Shown here: one piece after another, positions 1 to 9,662 of the stretch
How the letters are laid out: each line of letters opens with the position of its first letter
How positions within the stretch are numbered: position 1 is the stretch's first letter
DNA from: Mycobacteriales bacterium
Lineage (GTDB): Bacteria; Actinomycetota; Actinomycetes; JAFAQI01
Assembly (NCBI GenBank): GCA_035776655.1
Contig: DASTWK010000092.1
Coordinates: 6,259-70,258 of the forward strand
Length of the DNA: 64,000 bases
Direction of reading: 5' to 3'
Notes under the pieces: model-generated
Seen by the model: the letters and a program-made list of their open reading frames with translations, nothing else
The model's database searches: none
Told to the model about the DNA's origin: nothing
Position numbers and translations under genes: made by a program

Positions 1-93
1 AGCCTCTACGGGCGAGGCGCCTGGGAGCTCGACCTCGGTTCGACGGCGCGAAACAGCAACGGCCCCGGCCCGGGCGGCGCCCCGCGCCGCTGA
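1..93 (+). CDS. partial 3' end of an unidentified gene entering from the left edge
   Basis: Frame 1 is open from base 1 to TGA at 91-93, with G/C-rich third positions like the confirmed genes. Only 30 residues are present, so the product is not recognisable. Confidence 0.3.
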   Translation, partial: SLYGRGAWELDLGSTARNSNGPGPGGAPRR

Positions 94-135
94 ACCGACT
101 CGTGCGGCGCCCCGCGCCGCTGAACCGACTCGTGC
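76..135. repeat. perfect 30-bp tandem duplication (2 copies)
   Basis: GGCGCCCCGCGCCGCTGAACCGACTCGTGC occurs at 76-105 and identically at 106-135. Confidence 0.9.
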
Positions 136-138
136 GGC

Positions 139-158
139 GACCGCGGCGAGCCGCGGTC
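139..158. terminator. short GC hairpin between convergent gene ends
   Basis: GACCGCGG-cgag-CCGCGGTC forms a perfect 8-bp stem. It overlaps the stop of the minus-strand gene at 157-540. There is no U-tract. Confidence 0.35.
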
Positions 159-540
159 AGTCCCAGGTCGACGCGTGCGCGGCGAACGACTCCTTCAACT
201 GCACGCTGACCACACAGAAGACGGTGCCCACCGGGTCGCGCATCACGACCCAGGAGTGGTGTCGCTCGATCTCGGCGGCGCCGAGCGCGGTGAGCCGGGC
301 GACCTCGGCCTCCACGTCGTCGGTCTCGATGTCGAGGTGGATCCTCGGCGCCGGATCACCGGTCGCCTGAACCATGAACTCCACGCCGGGCGTGACCTCG
401 CCGAAGCTCACGTACTCCGGGAACTGATCGGAGGTCTTGCCGTCCCGGCCGAGCGCGGCCGACCAGAAGCCGACCGCCACGGCATGCTCGGCGGACGGCA
501 CGTCGACGAGGACGGAGGTGAGCCGGCTGCGATGGGTCAT
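157..540 (-). CDS. VOC (glyoxalase/bleomycin-resistance/dioxygenase) family protein
   Basis: 127-aa ORF with the size and beta-alpha-beta-beta-beta-like pattern typical of small VOC proteins ([21 protein letters not shown]...[12 protein letters not shown]). Confidence 0.7.
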   Translation of the reverse strand: MTHRSRLTSVLVDVPSAEHAVAVGFWSAALGRDGKTSDQFPEYVSFGEVTPGVEFMVQATGDPAPRIHLDIETDDVEAEVARLTALGAAEIERHHSWVVMRDPVGTVFCVVSVQLKESFAAHASTWD

Positions 541-638
541 GCCCGGCAGCGTGCCACCCCCGCTGCGCCGGGCGCGATCAGATTTCGGTCACGATTGCGC
601 AAGGATCCCGTCGTACCGGCTCCTCTAGCCTGGTCGGC

Positions 639-2210
639 GTGAGCCCGCGCACGTACGAGGTCCGCACCTACGGGTGCCAGATGAACGTGCACGACTCCGA
701 ACGGCTCGCGGGCCTGCTCGAGGCGGCCGGCTATCGACGCGCCGCGGAGGGCTCCACCCCCGATGTCGTCGTGTTCAACACCTGCGCGGTGCGGGAGAAC
801 GCCGACAACCGGCTCTACGGCAACCTCGGCCACCTGCTGCCCGTCAAGAAGGCGCACCCCGGCATGCAGGTCGCCGTCGGCGGGTGCCTCGCGCAGAAGG
901 ACGGCGCGAGCATCGTCGAGCGGGCGCCGTGGGTCGACGTGGTCTTCGGCACTCACAACATCGGCTCGCTGCCGGTGCTGCTCGAGCGTGCGCGCGTCGA
1001 GCAGGAGGCGCAGGTCGAGCTGCTCGAGGCGCTCGAGACGTTCCCGTCGGCGTTGCCGACGCGACGGGAGTCGCCCTACCGCGCGTGGGTGTCGATCAGC
1101 GTCGGCTGCAACAACACCTGCACGTTCTGCATCGTGCCGTCGCTGCGCGGCAAGGAGAAGGACCGCCGGCCCGGTGAGGTGCTGCGCGAGGTGGAGGCGC
1201 TGGTGGCCGACGGCGTCCTCGAGGTGACGCTGCTCGGGCAGAACGTCAACTCCTACGGCGCCGGGTTCGGGACCGACCCTGGCGGCTCCGCCGCGTTGCG
1301 CACGAGCGCGTTCTCGAAGCTGCTGCGCGCCTGCGGCGAGATCGACGGCTTGGAGCGAGTCCGGTTCACCTCGCCGCACCCACGTGACTTCACCGATGAC
1401 GTCATCGCGGCGATGGCCGAGACGGACAACGTCATGCCGAGCCTGCACATGCCGTTGCAGTCCGGCAGCGACCGCATCCTCAAGGCGATGCGGCGCAGCT
1501 ACCGCGCCGAGCGCTACCTGGGCATCCTCGACCGGGTGCGCGCCGCGATCCCGGACGCCGCCATCACCACGGACATCATCGTCGGCTTTCCCGGTGAGAC
1601 CGAAGACGACTTCGCACAGACCCTCGACGTCGTGCGGGCGGCGCGCTTCGCCGGCGCCTTCACGTTCCAATACTCCAAGCGTCCGGGCACACCCGCGGCC
1701 GGGCTGCCGGACCAGGTGCCCGCTGATGTCGTGGCCGACCGCTACCAGCGGCTCGTCGCGCTCGTCGAGGACATCGCGTGGGAGGAGAACAAGCGTTACC
1801 TCGGCGCGGCCGTCGAGGTGCTCGTCGCCGAGGGGGAGGGGCGCAAGGACGGGGCCACCAACCGGTTGTCCGGCCGGGCGCGCGACAACCGACTCGTCCA
1901 CTTCACGGTCCCGGCCGCGCCGACCGAGGCCACTGGCGTCGTATCGCGCCCTAGGGACGCTGGCGTCGTGTCGCGCCCCGGGGACGCTGGTGTCGTGCCG
2001 CGCCCGGGGGATGTCGTGACGGCCCGCGTCACCTACGCGGCGCCGCACCACCTGGTGGCCGATGAGGTGCTGGCGGTGCGGCGCACCCGCGGCGGAGATG
2101 CGTGGCAGGCCCGGCAGGAGACGGACCGGCCGCACGACGCCGACGCGCGGCCGCGGCCGCAACCGGTTCTGCTCGGCATGCCGGCCGTCGCTCCGGTCGC
2201 GTCGCGATGA
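639..2210 (+). CDS. miaB: tRNA-2-methylthio-N6-dimethylallyladenosine synthase MiaB (radical SAM methylthiotransferase)
   Basis: UPF0004 N-terminus [16 protein letters not shown], radical-SAM cluster motif [11 protein letters not shown], and a C-terminal TRAM-like end [19 protein letters not shown] start. Confidence 0.95.
   Translation: MSPRTYEVRTYGCQMNVHDSERLAGLLEAAGYRRAAEGSTPDVVVFNTCAVRENADNRLYGNLGHLLPVKKAHPGMQVAVGGCLAQKDGASIVERAPWVDVVFGTHNIGSLPVLLERARVEQEAQVELLEALETFPSALPTRRESPYRAWVSISVGCNNTCTFCIVPSLRGKEKDRRPGEVLREVEALVADGVLEVTLLGQNVNSYGAGFGTDPGGSAALRTSAFSKLLRACGEIDGLERVRFTSPHPRDFTDDVIAAMAETDNVMPSLHMPLQSGSDRILKAMRRSYRAERYLGILDRVRAAIPDAAITTDIIVGFPGETEDDFAQTLDVVRAARFAGAFTFQYSKRPGTPAAGLPDQVPADVVADRYQRLVALVEDIAWEENKRYLGAAVEVLVAEGEGRKDGATNRLSGRARDNRLVHFTVPAAPTEATGVVSRPRDAGVVSRPGDAGVVPRPGDVVTARVTYAAPHHLVADEVLAVRRTRGGDAWQARQETDRPHDADARPRPQPVLLGMPAVAPVASR
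1935..2015 (+). repeat. in-frame 27-bp x3 tandem repeat inside miaB
   Basis: Units at 1935-1961, 1962-1988 and 1989-2015 encode GVVSRPRDA / GVVSRPGDA / GVVPRPGDV. The array starts on a codon boundary. Confidence 0.9.
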
Positions 2211-2249
2211 CCGGCGGCCGCGCCGCCGCCGGCCGCTGAGGCGCCACTC

Positions 2250-2945
2250 GTGCTCATCGCCGCCGCCGTCTGCCCACACCCGCCGCTGCTCGTGCCCGCG
2301 GTGGCCGCGGGTGCCGCGGACGAGCTGGCCGACCTGCGCGCGGGGTGCGTCGCCGCGGTCGAGGCGGTGTACGACGCCCGGCCCGACCTGCTGTTCGTCG
2401 TCGGCGCGGACGTCGGCCTGCGGGCGAAGAGCCTCGCACCGTGGGCGCCGGGCAGCCCCGCCGACCTCGCGGTGGACGTGCCGGAGGCCTTGCCGCTGCC
2501 GCTGCTGATCGGCGGCTGGTTGACCCGCGGCCGGCCGCGGTCGTTCGTCGCCGTCGACCCCGACCTGGACCCGGTCGAATGCGCGGAGCTCGGGGCCGAT
2601 CTCGCCGGCGCCGCGAGGCGGGTCGCGCTGCTGGTCATGGGCGATGGTTCGGCGCGGCACACGGAGAAGGCACCCGGCTACGTCGACCCGCGGGCTGCGG
2701 CCTGGGACGAGCAGGCGCATGCGGCCTTCGCCACCGTCGACACGGCATGGCTGGCCAGTATCGACCCGGCCGCGGCCGCCGAGCTGCTGGTCGCCGGCCG
2801 GGCGCCGTGGCAGGTGCTCGCCGGCGCAGCCGCCGCCGCGCAGCCGCCGGCGGTCTCAGCAGCGGCTTTCCGCGGGAGCGCGGAGTGCGCGGCGCCCTAC
2901 GGCGTCGGCTATCACCTGGCGACCTGGCTCTCCCCGTCGGGCTGA
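2250..2945 (+). CDS. conserved Ala-rich protein, possibly class III extradiol-dioxygenase subunit-B-like fold
   Basis: 231-aa ORF beginning MLIAAAVCPHPPLL. It sits in the position that a small Ala-rich conserved protein occupies between miaB and miaA in other actinobacteria. The fold assignment is from memory only. Confidence 0.55.
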   Translation: MLIAAAVCPHPPLLVPAVAAGAADELADLRAGCVAAVEAVYDARPDLLFVVGADVGLRAKSLAPWAPGSPADLAVDVPEALPLPLLIGGWLTRGRPRSFVAVDPDLDPVECAELGADLAGAARRVALLVMGDGSARHTEKAPGYVDPRAAAWDEQAHAAFATVDTAWLASIDPAAAAELLVAGRAPWQVLAGAAAAAQPPAVSAAAFRGSAECAAPYGVGYHLATWLSPSG

Positions 2946-3030
2946 GCAGGAATCGCGGCACCAGGCGGCGAATCCTCCGATAGGTCGCTGTACGACACCC
3001 CCGTCGTGCCGGCCATCACGGAGGATCCCC

Positions 3031-5244
3031 ATGTCCCGGACCACGTCCACCCTGGCCGCTGCCGGTGCGGTCGTTCTCGCTGCCGGCGCGGTGGTGGCCG
3101 CCGCTGACGCCGCGGCGCCGCACCACTCGGCGTTGCGTTTCTCGCACGAGGTCGTCGTCGACCAGCAACGCTCCGGCTTCGAGCCGGACATCGCGATCGA
3201 CAACGCCGATCGCTGGTATTCCAGCGTTCCCAACGGTTCCTCGACCGCGCACAGCTTCATCTGGCAGTCACTGGACCACGGCAAGAGCTTCCAGCTCATC
3301 CCTGGCCAGATCGGGGTCGGCAAGCCGCTGACCTGCTTCCAGGGCGGCGGCGACACGGAGCTGCAGCTGGACAAGAAGGGCACGTTGTTCTTCTCCGACC
3401 TGCAGAACCTGACCAACCTGTCCAACAGCGTGAGCACCGACCACGGCGCGACGTTCACGACGAGCTGCGCGTCGGTGCCGAACACGCCGGTGGACCGGAT
3501 GTGGTACGCGATCCACGGCAACTACGGCGATCCGGATTTCGCGATCTACGAGGAGTACGACGCGGCGGACTCCGGTCTCGACCCGTCGTACGGCGACCCC
3601 GTCACCGGCCGCAACCCGACCAACCAGCTAGTCGAAGCCGTCAGCCACGACGGCCGCACGTTCACCCCCGTCTTCAACCAGCGCCTTGCCCAGGGGCACC
3701 TCGACGACAACTGCATCGGCGGTGGGCAGCTCAACTGCGTCACTGACGACGAGGGCATCTCGGGCAACCAGCTGATCGCGCACAACGGCGACCTGCTGAT
3801 CGCGCACACCAGCGCCGACGGCAACCAGGTGGTCGTCAGCCGCGGCAAGCTCACGCAGCTGCCCGGCGGGCAGGTTGCGGCGACGTGGAAGCACATGGTC
3901 GTCAACGCCTCGCTCTGCCCGGACAAGGCCAACGCCGCGCCGGGCATCTGCGGCGCCACGAACTTCGCGACGATCGCCGAGGACAGCGCCGGGCACTTCT
4001 ACGTCGGCTTCTCCTCGCAGCGCATCAACAAGAACGGCAAGGCGGTCGGTCCTTACCAGACCTATGTCGTGGCCTCGCGGGACGGCTTCCACTGGAACAA
4101 GCCGTCGCTGGTCAGCCAGAGCGGGTCCAACGCGTTCTCCTGGGTCACCGCCGGATCCAACGGCCGCGCCGCCGTCGCCTGGTACCACGCCAACGAGGCG
4201 CAGGAGCACGGCAGCTACGTCCTCGACGACCTCGCCCACGCCGAGATCAGCGTGCAGGTCGGGGAGAGCCTCGACGCGCTGTCCGCGCACCCGCACTGGG
4301 ACGTGGCGACGGTCTCCGAGCACCCGATCAAGTACGGCCCGCTGTGCACCCAGGGCCTGCTGTGCACGGTCTCGATGGGCGACCGCAGCCTCGGTGACTT
4401 CCTCGAGGTCAACCACGACGCGCAGGGCGCGCTGGTGCTGTCCTACGTCGACGACACGTCCAACACCTACACCACCGGCCCGACCGGCGCGATCGCCGAG
4501 AACGGTCCGGTCGTCATGGTGAAGCAGACCGGCGGGCCGAGCCTGGTCAAGGGCACGATCCGGGGTCCGGGTCACGGCCCGGGCGCGCCCTGGGGCAGCG
4601 TGCGCGACAGCCGGGGTGACGCGTTCTACAACGCCAACGCCGAGCGGACGCCGGCCGGTGCCAACCTCGACCTCACCGGTGCCTCGATCCGGGAGGATGC
4701 GAAGGGGCTCGTCGTGACGATGCGGGCCAAGGACCTGTCCAACCTGCAGGTCGCACCGACGGCCGGTGGCACGACCGGCGAGTGGATCACCCGGTTCACC
4801 ACCTACAACCCGCACACCGCCGGCAACGGGCACATCTACTACGCCGGCATGGAGTCCGTCGCCGGCTCGTCGCCGCGGTTCTTCGTCGGTGACACCGCTG
4901 CGGTGCCGGTGGGGCAGGAGCAGATCAGCATGCTGTTCGACTCCAACACCAGCGTGCCGGGAACCGTGCAGGGCAACACGATCACGATCCACGTGCCCTA
5001 CGCCGACCTGCCGGCCGCCAAGCCCGGCGCCACGCTCTACAGCGCAACCGCATTCACCGCCACGACGGTGGGGACGCTGGCCGGCAACCCGGCCGGCGTG
5101 TTCAACCTCACCGACGCGACGCCCCCGTTCGACTACGCGATGCACGGCAGCCGGCGTGCGTCGGCGCTGCCGGCCACCGTCGCGCCTCTGCTTGCATGGG
5201 GTGCGTGGCTCGGGATCGTGGAGCGGCGGCGGCGCCGAAGCTGA
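3031..5244 (+). CDS. secreted BNR/Asp-box (sialidase-like beta-propeller) protein with a C-terminal hydrophobic anchor and poly-Arg tail
   Basis: GGAGGA lies 5 nt before ATG 3031. There is a signal peptide (MSRTTSTLAAAGAVVLAAGAVVAAADA) and Asp-box-like motifs SLDHGKSF, STDHGATF, SHDGRTF and SRDGFHW. The C-terminus is LPATVAPLLAWGAWLGIVERRRRRS. The longer track ORF from 2644 overlaps the upstream gene and is Arg/Pro-rich. Confidence 0.75.
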   Translation: MSRTTSTLAAAGAVVLAAGAVVAAADAAAPHHSALRFSHEVVVDQQRSGFEPDIAIDNADRWYSSVPNGSSTAHSFIWQSLDHGKSFQLIPGQIGVGKPLTCFQGGGDTELQLDKKGTLFFSDLQNLTNLSNSVSTDHGATFTTSCASVPNTPVDRMWYAIHGNYGDPDFAIYEEYDAADSGLDPSYGDPVTGRNPTNQLVEAVSHDGRTFTPVFNQRLAQGHLDDNCIGGGQLNCVTDDEGISGNQLIAHNGDLLIAHTSADGNQVVVSRGKLTQLPGGQVAATWKHMVVNASLCPDKANAAPGICGATNFATIAEDSAGHFYVGFSSQRINKNGKAVGPYQTYVVASRDGFHWNKPSLVSQSGSNAFSWVTAGSNGRAAVAWYHANEAQEHGSYVLDDLAHAEISVQVGESLDALSAHPHWDVATVSEHPIKYGPLCTQGLLCTVSMGDRSLGDFLEVNHDAQGALVLSYVDDTSNTYTTGPTGAIAENGPVVMVKQTGGPSLVKGTIRGPGHGPGAPWGSVRDSRGDAFYNANAERTPAGANLDLTGASIREDAKGLVVTMRAKDLSNLQVAPTAGGTTGEWITRFTTYNPHTAGNGHIYYAGMESVAGSSPRFFVGDTAAVPVGQEQISMLFDSNTSVPGTVQGNTITIHVPYADLPAAKPGATLYSATAFTATTVGTLAGNPAGVFNLTDATPPFDYAMHGSRRASALPATVAPLLAWGAWLGIVERRRRRS

Positions 5245-5282
5245 CCGCGGCACCCTCGGCCGGACCTTCCTCGGACCGGTCG

Positions 5283-6209
5283 GTGGGGCCGGCGCCGCGC
5301 GTCGTCGCGGTCGTCGGCCCCACCGCCACCGGCAAGTCGACGCTCGGTGTGGCGTTGGCCCGCGCGCTCGGCGGTGAGGTGGTCAACACCGACTCCATGC
5401 AGCTCTACCGCGGCATGGACATCGGCACCGCCAAGCTCACCGTCTCCGAGCGGCAGGGCGTGCCGCACCACCTGCTCGACATCTGGCCGGTGACCGATGC
5501 CGCGGCGGTCGCCGACTACCAGCGGCGCGCCTGCCGGGTCGTCGACGACCTGCTCGCGGCCGGCGCGGTGCCGGTGCTCGTCGGTGGCAGCGGGCTGTAC
5601 GTGCGCGCGGTCATCGACCGCATCGAGTTCCCCGGCACGGACGCGGGGCTGCGGGCCGCCCTGGAGGCCGAGCTCGCCACTGTCGGTGCCGCCGTGCTGC
5701 ACGCGCGCCTGGCCGCGGTTGACCCGGCCGCCGCGGCCGCCATCCTGCCGAGCAACGGCCGGCGCATCGTCCGTGCGCTGGAGGTGGTGGAGCTGACCGG
5801 CCGTCCGTTCACCGCCGCGCTCCCGTCGTACGACGCGAGCGACAGCAGTGGGTGGGACGTTCGGCAGATCGGGCTCGACCTCCCCGACGCGGAGCTGGAC
5901 GAGCGGGTGGACGCGCGGGCCGCGACGATGTTCGCCGCCGGTCTCCTCGACGAGGTGCGGAGGCTGGAGCAGGAAGGATTGCGCGCCGGGCGCACCGCGT
6001 CGCGTGCCATCGGCTACCAACAGGCGCTGGCCGTGCTCGACGGCGAGCTGACCGAGGCGCAGGCGCGGGAGGAGACCGCGCGTGCCACCCGCCGGTTCGT
6101 GCGCCGGCAGCGGTCGTGGTTCCGCCGCGACCCGCGGATCCGTTGGCTGCCACCGGGCCCGGACCTGCTCGACCGCGCGGTCGCTGCGGTCAGCGCATCC
6201 GCGGGGTGA
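5283..6209 (+). CDS. miaA: tRNA dimethylallyltransferase MiaA
   Basis: P-loop VVGPTATGKST followed by NTDSMQLYRGMDIGTAK. The start is uncertain: GTG 5283 was chosen because the track start at 5196 overlaps the preceding gene. Confidence 0.9.
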   Translation: MGPAPRVVAVVGPTATGKSTLGVALARALGGEVVNTDSMQLYRGMDIGTAKLTVSERQGVPHHLLDIWPVTDAAAVADYQRRACRVVDDLLAAGAVPVLVGGSGLYVRAVIDRIEFPGTDAGLRAALEAELATVGAAVLHARLAAVDPAAAAAILPSNGRRIVRALEVVELTGRPFTAALPSYDASDSSGWDVRQIGLDLPDAELDERVDARAATMFAAGLLDEVRRLEQEGLRAGRTASRAIGYQQALAVLDGELTEAQAREETARATRRFVRRQRSWFRRDPRIRWLPPGPDLLDRAVAAVSASAG

Positions 6210-6351
6210 CCGGCAGCGGTGCGCGATCGAGCGGACCGGACGATCGACCACGGGGACGAGGCGTGAATGGTCCCGACGGGCCATTCCGGCGGGGCGGCCA
6301 CCGGCTGAGACTGCAGGCAGTTTCCGGATGCCCACGCCGGCGGGAGGCCGC

Positions 6352-7206
6352 ATGCCCAGCCTCGACCTCGACCTCGTCCCTGCGCTGACGCGCGCGCTGG
6401 ACGAGGACGCCCTGGTCCTGCACTTCCAACCGGAGGTAGACCTGGCCAGCGGCGCAGTCCTCGGGATGGAGGCGTTGCTGCGCTGGCAGCACCCGCAGCG
6501 TGGGCTGCTGTGGCCCGGTGACTTCCTCGCCGTCGCCGATGGTGCCGGGCTGCTGCCGGCCCTCGGCTGGTGGGTGCTCGAGCGCTGTGCCGCTGAGGTT
6601 GCCACCTGGCGACCGTTCCCGCCCGCCGTCGGCGGTGCGCAGCGCCAGCTGTGGGTCAACATCTCTGCGTCGCAGCTCGACGAGCCGGGGTTCGTCGAGC
6701 GGGTCGCCGCGCTCGTCCGGGACGCGGCGCTGCCGCCCGGCGCGCTCGGGCTGGAGGTCACCGAGGAGTCGCTGGCGACCGGGAGCCGGGCGACGCCGGC
6801 CATGCTCGACGCGCTGCGCGACGCCGGCGTCGCGCTCGCGATCGACGACTTCGGCTCCTGGTACTCCTCGCTCGGCACCCTCGGCGAGCTGCCGATCGAA
6901 GCGGTGAAGCTCGACCAACCGTTCGTCCGCGGCGTCGGCTCCGACCTCGAAGGCGACAGCATCGTGTCATCGGTCATCGAGCTCGCGCACGCGCACGGGG
7001 TGCGGGTCGTCGCCGAAGGCGTCGAGTCGTGGTCGGAGGGCGCCCGGCTGTGCGAGCTCGGCTGTGACCGCGCGCTCGGTTACCTGTTCAGCGGCCCCCA
7101 GCGGGCCGCGCAGGCCCGGCTCATGCTCGCCCACGGCACCGGCTGGCAGGCGCCGGCGCGGCTGCCGATGCCGCGCGATCGCCGCACGCTCTACAACCTG
7201 AGCTGA
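6352..7206 (+). CDS. stand-alone EAL-domain protein (putative c-di-GMP phosphodiesterase)
   Basis: Motifs EALLRW, WVNISASQL, LEVTEESL, IDDFGSWYSSL, VKLDQPF and AEGVES. GGGAGG lies just upstream of ATG 6352, and ATG 6328 is an alternative start. No sensor or GGDEF domain is present. Confidence 0.85.
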   Translation: MPSLDLDLVPALTRALDEDALVLHFQPEVDLASGAVLGMEALLRWQHPQRGLLWPGDFLAVADGAGLLPALGWWVLERCAAEVATWRPFPPAVGGAQRQLWVNISASQLDEPGFVERVAALVRDAALPPGALGLEVTEESLATGSRATPAMLDALRDAGVALAIDDFGSWYSSLGTLGELPIEAVKLDQPFVRGVGSDLEGDSIVSSVIELAHAHGVRVVAEGVESWSEGARLCELGCDRALGYLFSGPQRAAQARLMLAHGTGWQAPARLPMPRDRRTLYNLS

Positions 7207-7236
7207 CCCGGGACTCGGCGGCTCTACCCTTGATCA

Positions 7237-8091
7237 GTGCGGTTCGTGAAGGGGCACGGGACGGAGAACGACTTCGTCGTGCTGCCGCCCGGTGAGGTCG
7301 CCGACCTCGACGCCGGGCTCGTCCGCGCGCTGTGCGACCGGCGCGCCGGTGTCGGCGCCGACGGAGTGCTGCGCGTCGTCGACCGCACCGTCGACATCGC
7401 AGCCGCGGACGGCCTCGAGGACGCCGGCCCCGCCGGGGACGTGCGCTGGTTCATGGACTATCGCAATGCGGACGGCTCGGTCGCCGAGATGTGCGGCAAC
7501 GGCATCCGGGTGTTCGCCCGTTACCTCGTGACCGCCGGGCTCGCCCGGCCCGGCACGCTGCGCATCTCCACCCGCGCCGGCGTCAAGAGCGTCGAGGTCG
7601 CCCCGGCTGGCGACGTCAGCGTCGACATGGGCCCGGCCGAGCGCCGGCCGGACGCGAAGGTCGTGGTCGACGGCGCGGCGTACGACGCGGTTGGCTGGTC
7701 GATGGGCAACCCGCACCTCGTCGTCACCGACGCCGACCTCGACTCGCTCGACCTGTCCGTGGCGCCGGCGGTCGACCCGCCCGCGGGCTACCCGCACGGG
7801 GTCAACGTCGAGTTCGTGACCCGCGTCGGGCCGTGCCACATCCGCATGCGGGTGCACGAACGCGGCGTCGGTGAGACCCGCTCCTGCGGCACCGGAGCGT
7901 GTGCGGCGGCCGTTGCCGTGATGGCCGCGGCCGGTGAGCGGACGTCGTACGACGTCGACGTGCCGGGCGGGCGTCTGGTCGTGACCTGGCACGACGACGG
8001 TCGGGTCACGCTGGCCGGGCCGGCGGTGCTGGTCGCGACCGGGGAATATCCAGGCGACCCGCGCGCGACCGCCGTGTCACCATCGGGATGA
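7237..8091 (+). CDS. dapF: diaminopimelate epimerase
   Basis: MRFVKGHGTENDFVVL, CGNGIRVFARYL and the second catalytic Cys context ETRSCGTGA. Confidence 0.95.
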   Translation: MRFVKGHGTENDFVVLPPGEVADLDAGLVRALCDRRAGVGADGVLRVVDRTVDIAAADGLEDAGPAGDVRWFMDYRNADGSVAEMCGNGIRVFARYLVTAGLARPGTLRISTRAGVKSVEVAPAGDVSVDMGPAERRPDAKVVVDGAAYDAVGWSMGNPHLVVTDADLDSLDLSVAPAVDPPAGYPHGVNVEFVTRVGPCHIRMRVHERGVGETRSCGTGACAAAVAVMAAAGERTSYDVDVPGGRLVVTWHDDGRVTLAGPAVLVATGEYPGDPRATAVSPSG

Positions 8092-8122
8092 GCCGGACCC
8101 GACCGGGTGTTCTAAGGGTGGA

Positions 8123-9613
8123 ATGACGACATCACCGCTGCCGTACGAAGGCACCCCTGAGCACCCGGACGCCCGCGACTCCTTCGACCTGACCGGCCCC
8201 GGCTGGCACGACGACGGCTCGTCGACCGAGCCCGATGAGCGGGTCGAGCTGGAGCTCGAGGCGCGGCAGGGCCTGCGCCGGGTCGCCGGCATCACCACCG
8301 AGCTCGAAGACGTCACCGAGGTCGAATATCGCCAGCTGCGGCTCGAGCGCGTGGTGCTCATCGGAGTCTGGACCTCCGGCACCCTCGACGACGCCGAGAC
8401 CTCGCTGCAGGAGCTCAAGGCGCTCGCCGAGACCGCCGGCTCGCAGGTGCTCGAAGGACTCGTGCAGCGGCGTGACCGGCCCGACCCCGCCACCTACGTG
8501 GGCTCGGGCAAGGCGAAGGAGCTGCGCGAGATCGTGGTCGCGACCGGCGCCGACACGGTGATCTGCGACGGTGAGCTGACGCCCGGTCAGCTGCGCCAAC
8601 TCGAGGACGTCGTCAAGGTGAAGGTCATCGACCGCACCGCGCTGATCCTCGACATCTTCGCCCAGCACGCGCGCAGCCGCGAGGGCAAGGCGCAGGTCGC
8701 GCTCGCGCAGATGGAATACATGCTGCCGCGGCTGCGCGGCTGGGGTGAGTCGATGTCCCGGCAGGCCGGTGGCCGGGTGGCCGGTGGTGGCGGCATCGGC
8801 ACCCGCGGCCCTGGCGAGACCAAGATCGAGACCGACCGGCGCCGCATTCGCACCAAGATGGCGAAGCTGCGCCGCGAGATCGCCGGCATGCGCACCGCCC
8901 GCGACGTGAAGCGGCAGGAACGCCGGCGCCGGCAGGTGCCGAGCGTCGTCATCGCCGGCTACACCAACGCGGGCAAGTCCTCGCTGCTCAACCGGCTCAC
9001 CGGCGCCGGCGTGCTCGTCGAGAACGCGTTGTTCGCGACCCTCGACCCGACCGTGCGACGCAGCGAGACCCCCGACGGTCGCGGTTTCACCCTCGCCGAC
9101 ACCGTCGGGTTCGTCCGCCACCTGCCCCACCAGCTGGTCGAGGCGTTCCGCTCGACGCTGGAAGAGGTCGCCGACGCCGACCTGGTGCTGCACGTCGTCG
9201 ACGGGTCCCATCCGGACCCGCGCTCCCAGCTGGCCGCGGTGCGGGAGGTGTTCGGGGAGATCGACGCCCTCGACGTGCCCGAGCTCGTGGTCGTCAACAA
9301 GGCCGACGCCGCTGACCCGGCGGTCGTGCGGCGACTGCTCGCCGCCGAACCGACGGCCGTGGCGGTCTCGGCGCGCACCGGCGCCGGGCTGGAGGAGCTG
9401 CGCGGGCGGGTGGCGGCGCTGCTGCCGTCGTACGACGTGGACGTGCACCTGCTCGTGCCCTACGACCGGGGCGACGTCGTCGCCCGGCTGCACCGCCATG
9501 GGCTCGTCGACGAGGTCGAGCACACCGACGCCGGCACGCGCGTCGCCGCCCGGGTCCCCGGGTGGATGAGTCCGGAACTGTCCGCATTTGCCCTGGCGGC
9601 ATCCACCGGTTGA
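8123..9613 (+). CDS. hflX: GTPase HflX
   Basis: HflX N-terminal domain (GSGKAKEL...DRTALILDIFAQHA), G1 GYTNAGKSSLLN, G3 DTVGF and G4 NKAD. Confidence 0.95.
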   Translation: MTTSPLPYEGTPEHPDARDSFDLTGPGWHDDGSSTEPDERVELELEARQGLRRVAGITTELEDVTEVEYRQLRLERVVLIGVWTSGTLDDAETSLQELKALAETAGSQVLEGLVQRRDRPDPATYVGSGKAKELREIVVATGADTVICDGELTPGQLRQLEDVVKVKVIDRTALILDIFAQHARSREGKAQVALAQMEYMLPRLRGWGESMSRQAGGRVAGGGGIGTRGPGETKIETDRRRIRTKMAKLRREIAGMRTARDVKRQERRRRQVPSVVIAGYTNAGKSSLLNRLTGAGVLVENALFATLDPTVRRSETPDGRGFTLADTVGFVRHLPHQLVEAFRSTLEEVADADLVLHVVDGSHPDPRSQLAAVREVFGEIDALDVPELVVVNKADAADPAVVRRLLAAEPTAVAVSARTGAGLEELRGRVAALLPSYDVDVHLLVPYDRGDVVARLHRHGLVDEVEHTDAGTRVAARVPGWMSPELSAFALAASTG

Positions 9614-9662
9614 GCGGTCAGATTTAGCCCGCGATAGCCATTCCCCCTTTTCCTGCGCACTG

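Noticed and set aside
2644-3030. N-terminal extensions of track ORFs, for example 2644-3030 ahead of the BNR protein. The same applies to 14160-14624 (lexA), 30290-30520 (hrpA), 43787-44089 (typA), 48581-49036 and 59456-59567.
   Set aside because: The extensions overlap the preceding gene, are Arg/Pro/Ser-rich, and are followed by an internal start with an RBS and a sensible N-terminus (a signal peptide or family-typical start).
5160-5244. Canonical LPXTG/LAXTG sortase signal at the end of the BNR protein.
   Set aside because: The motif reads LPATV, with no Gly at position 5. It is kept only as an architecture-level similarity in the findings.
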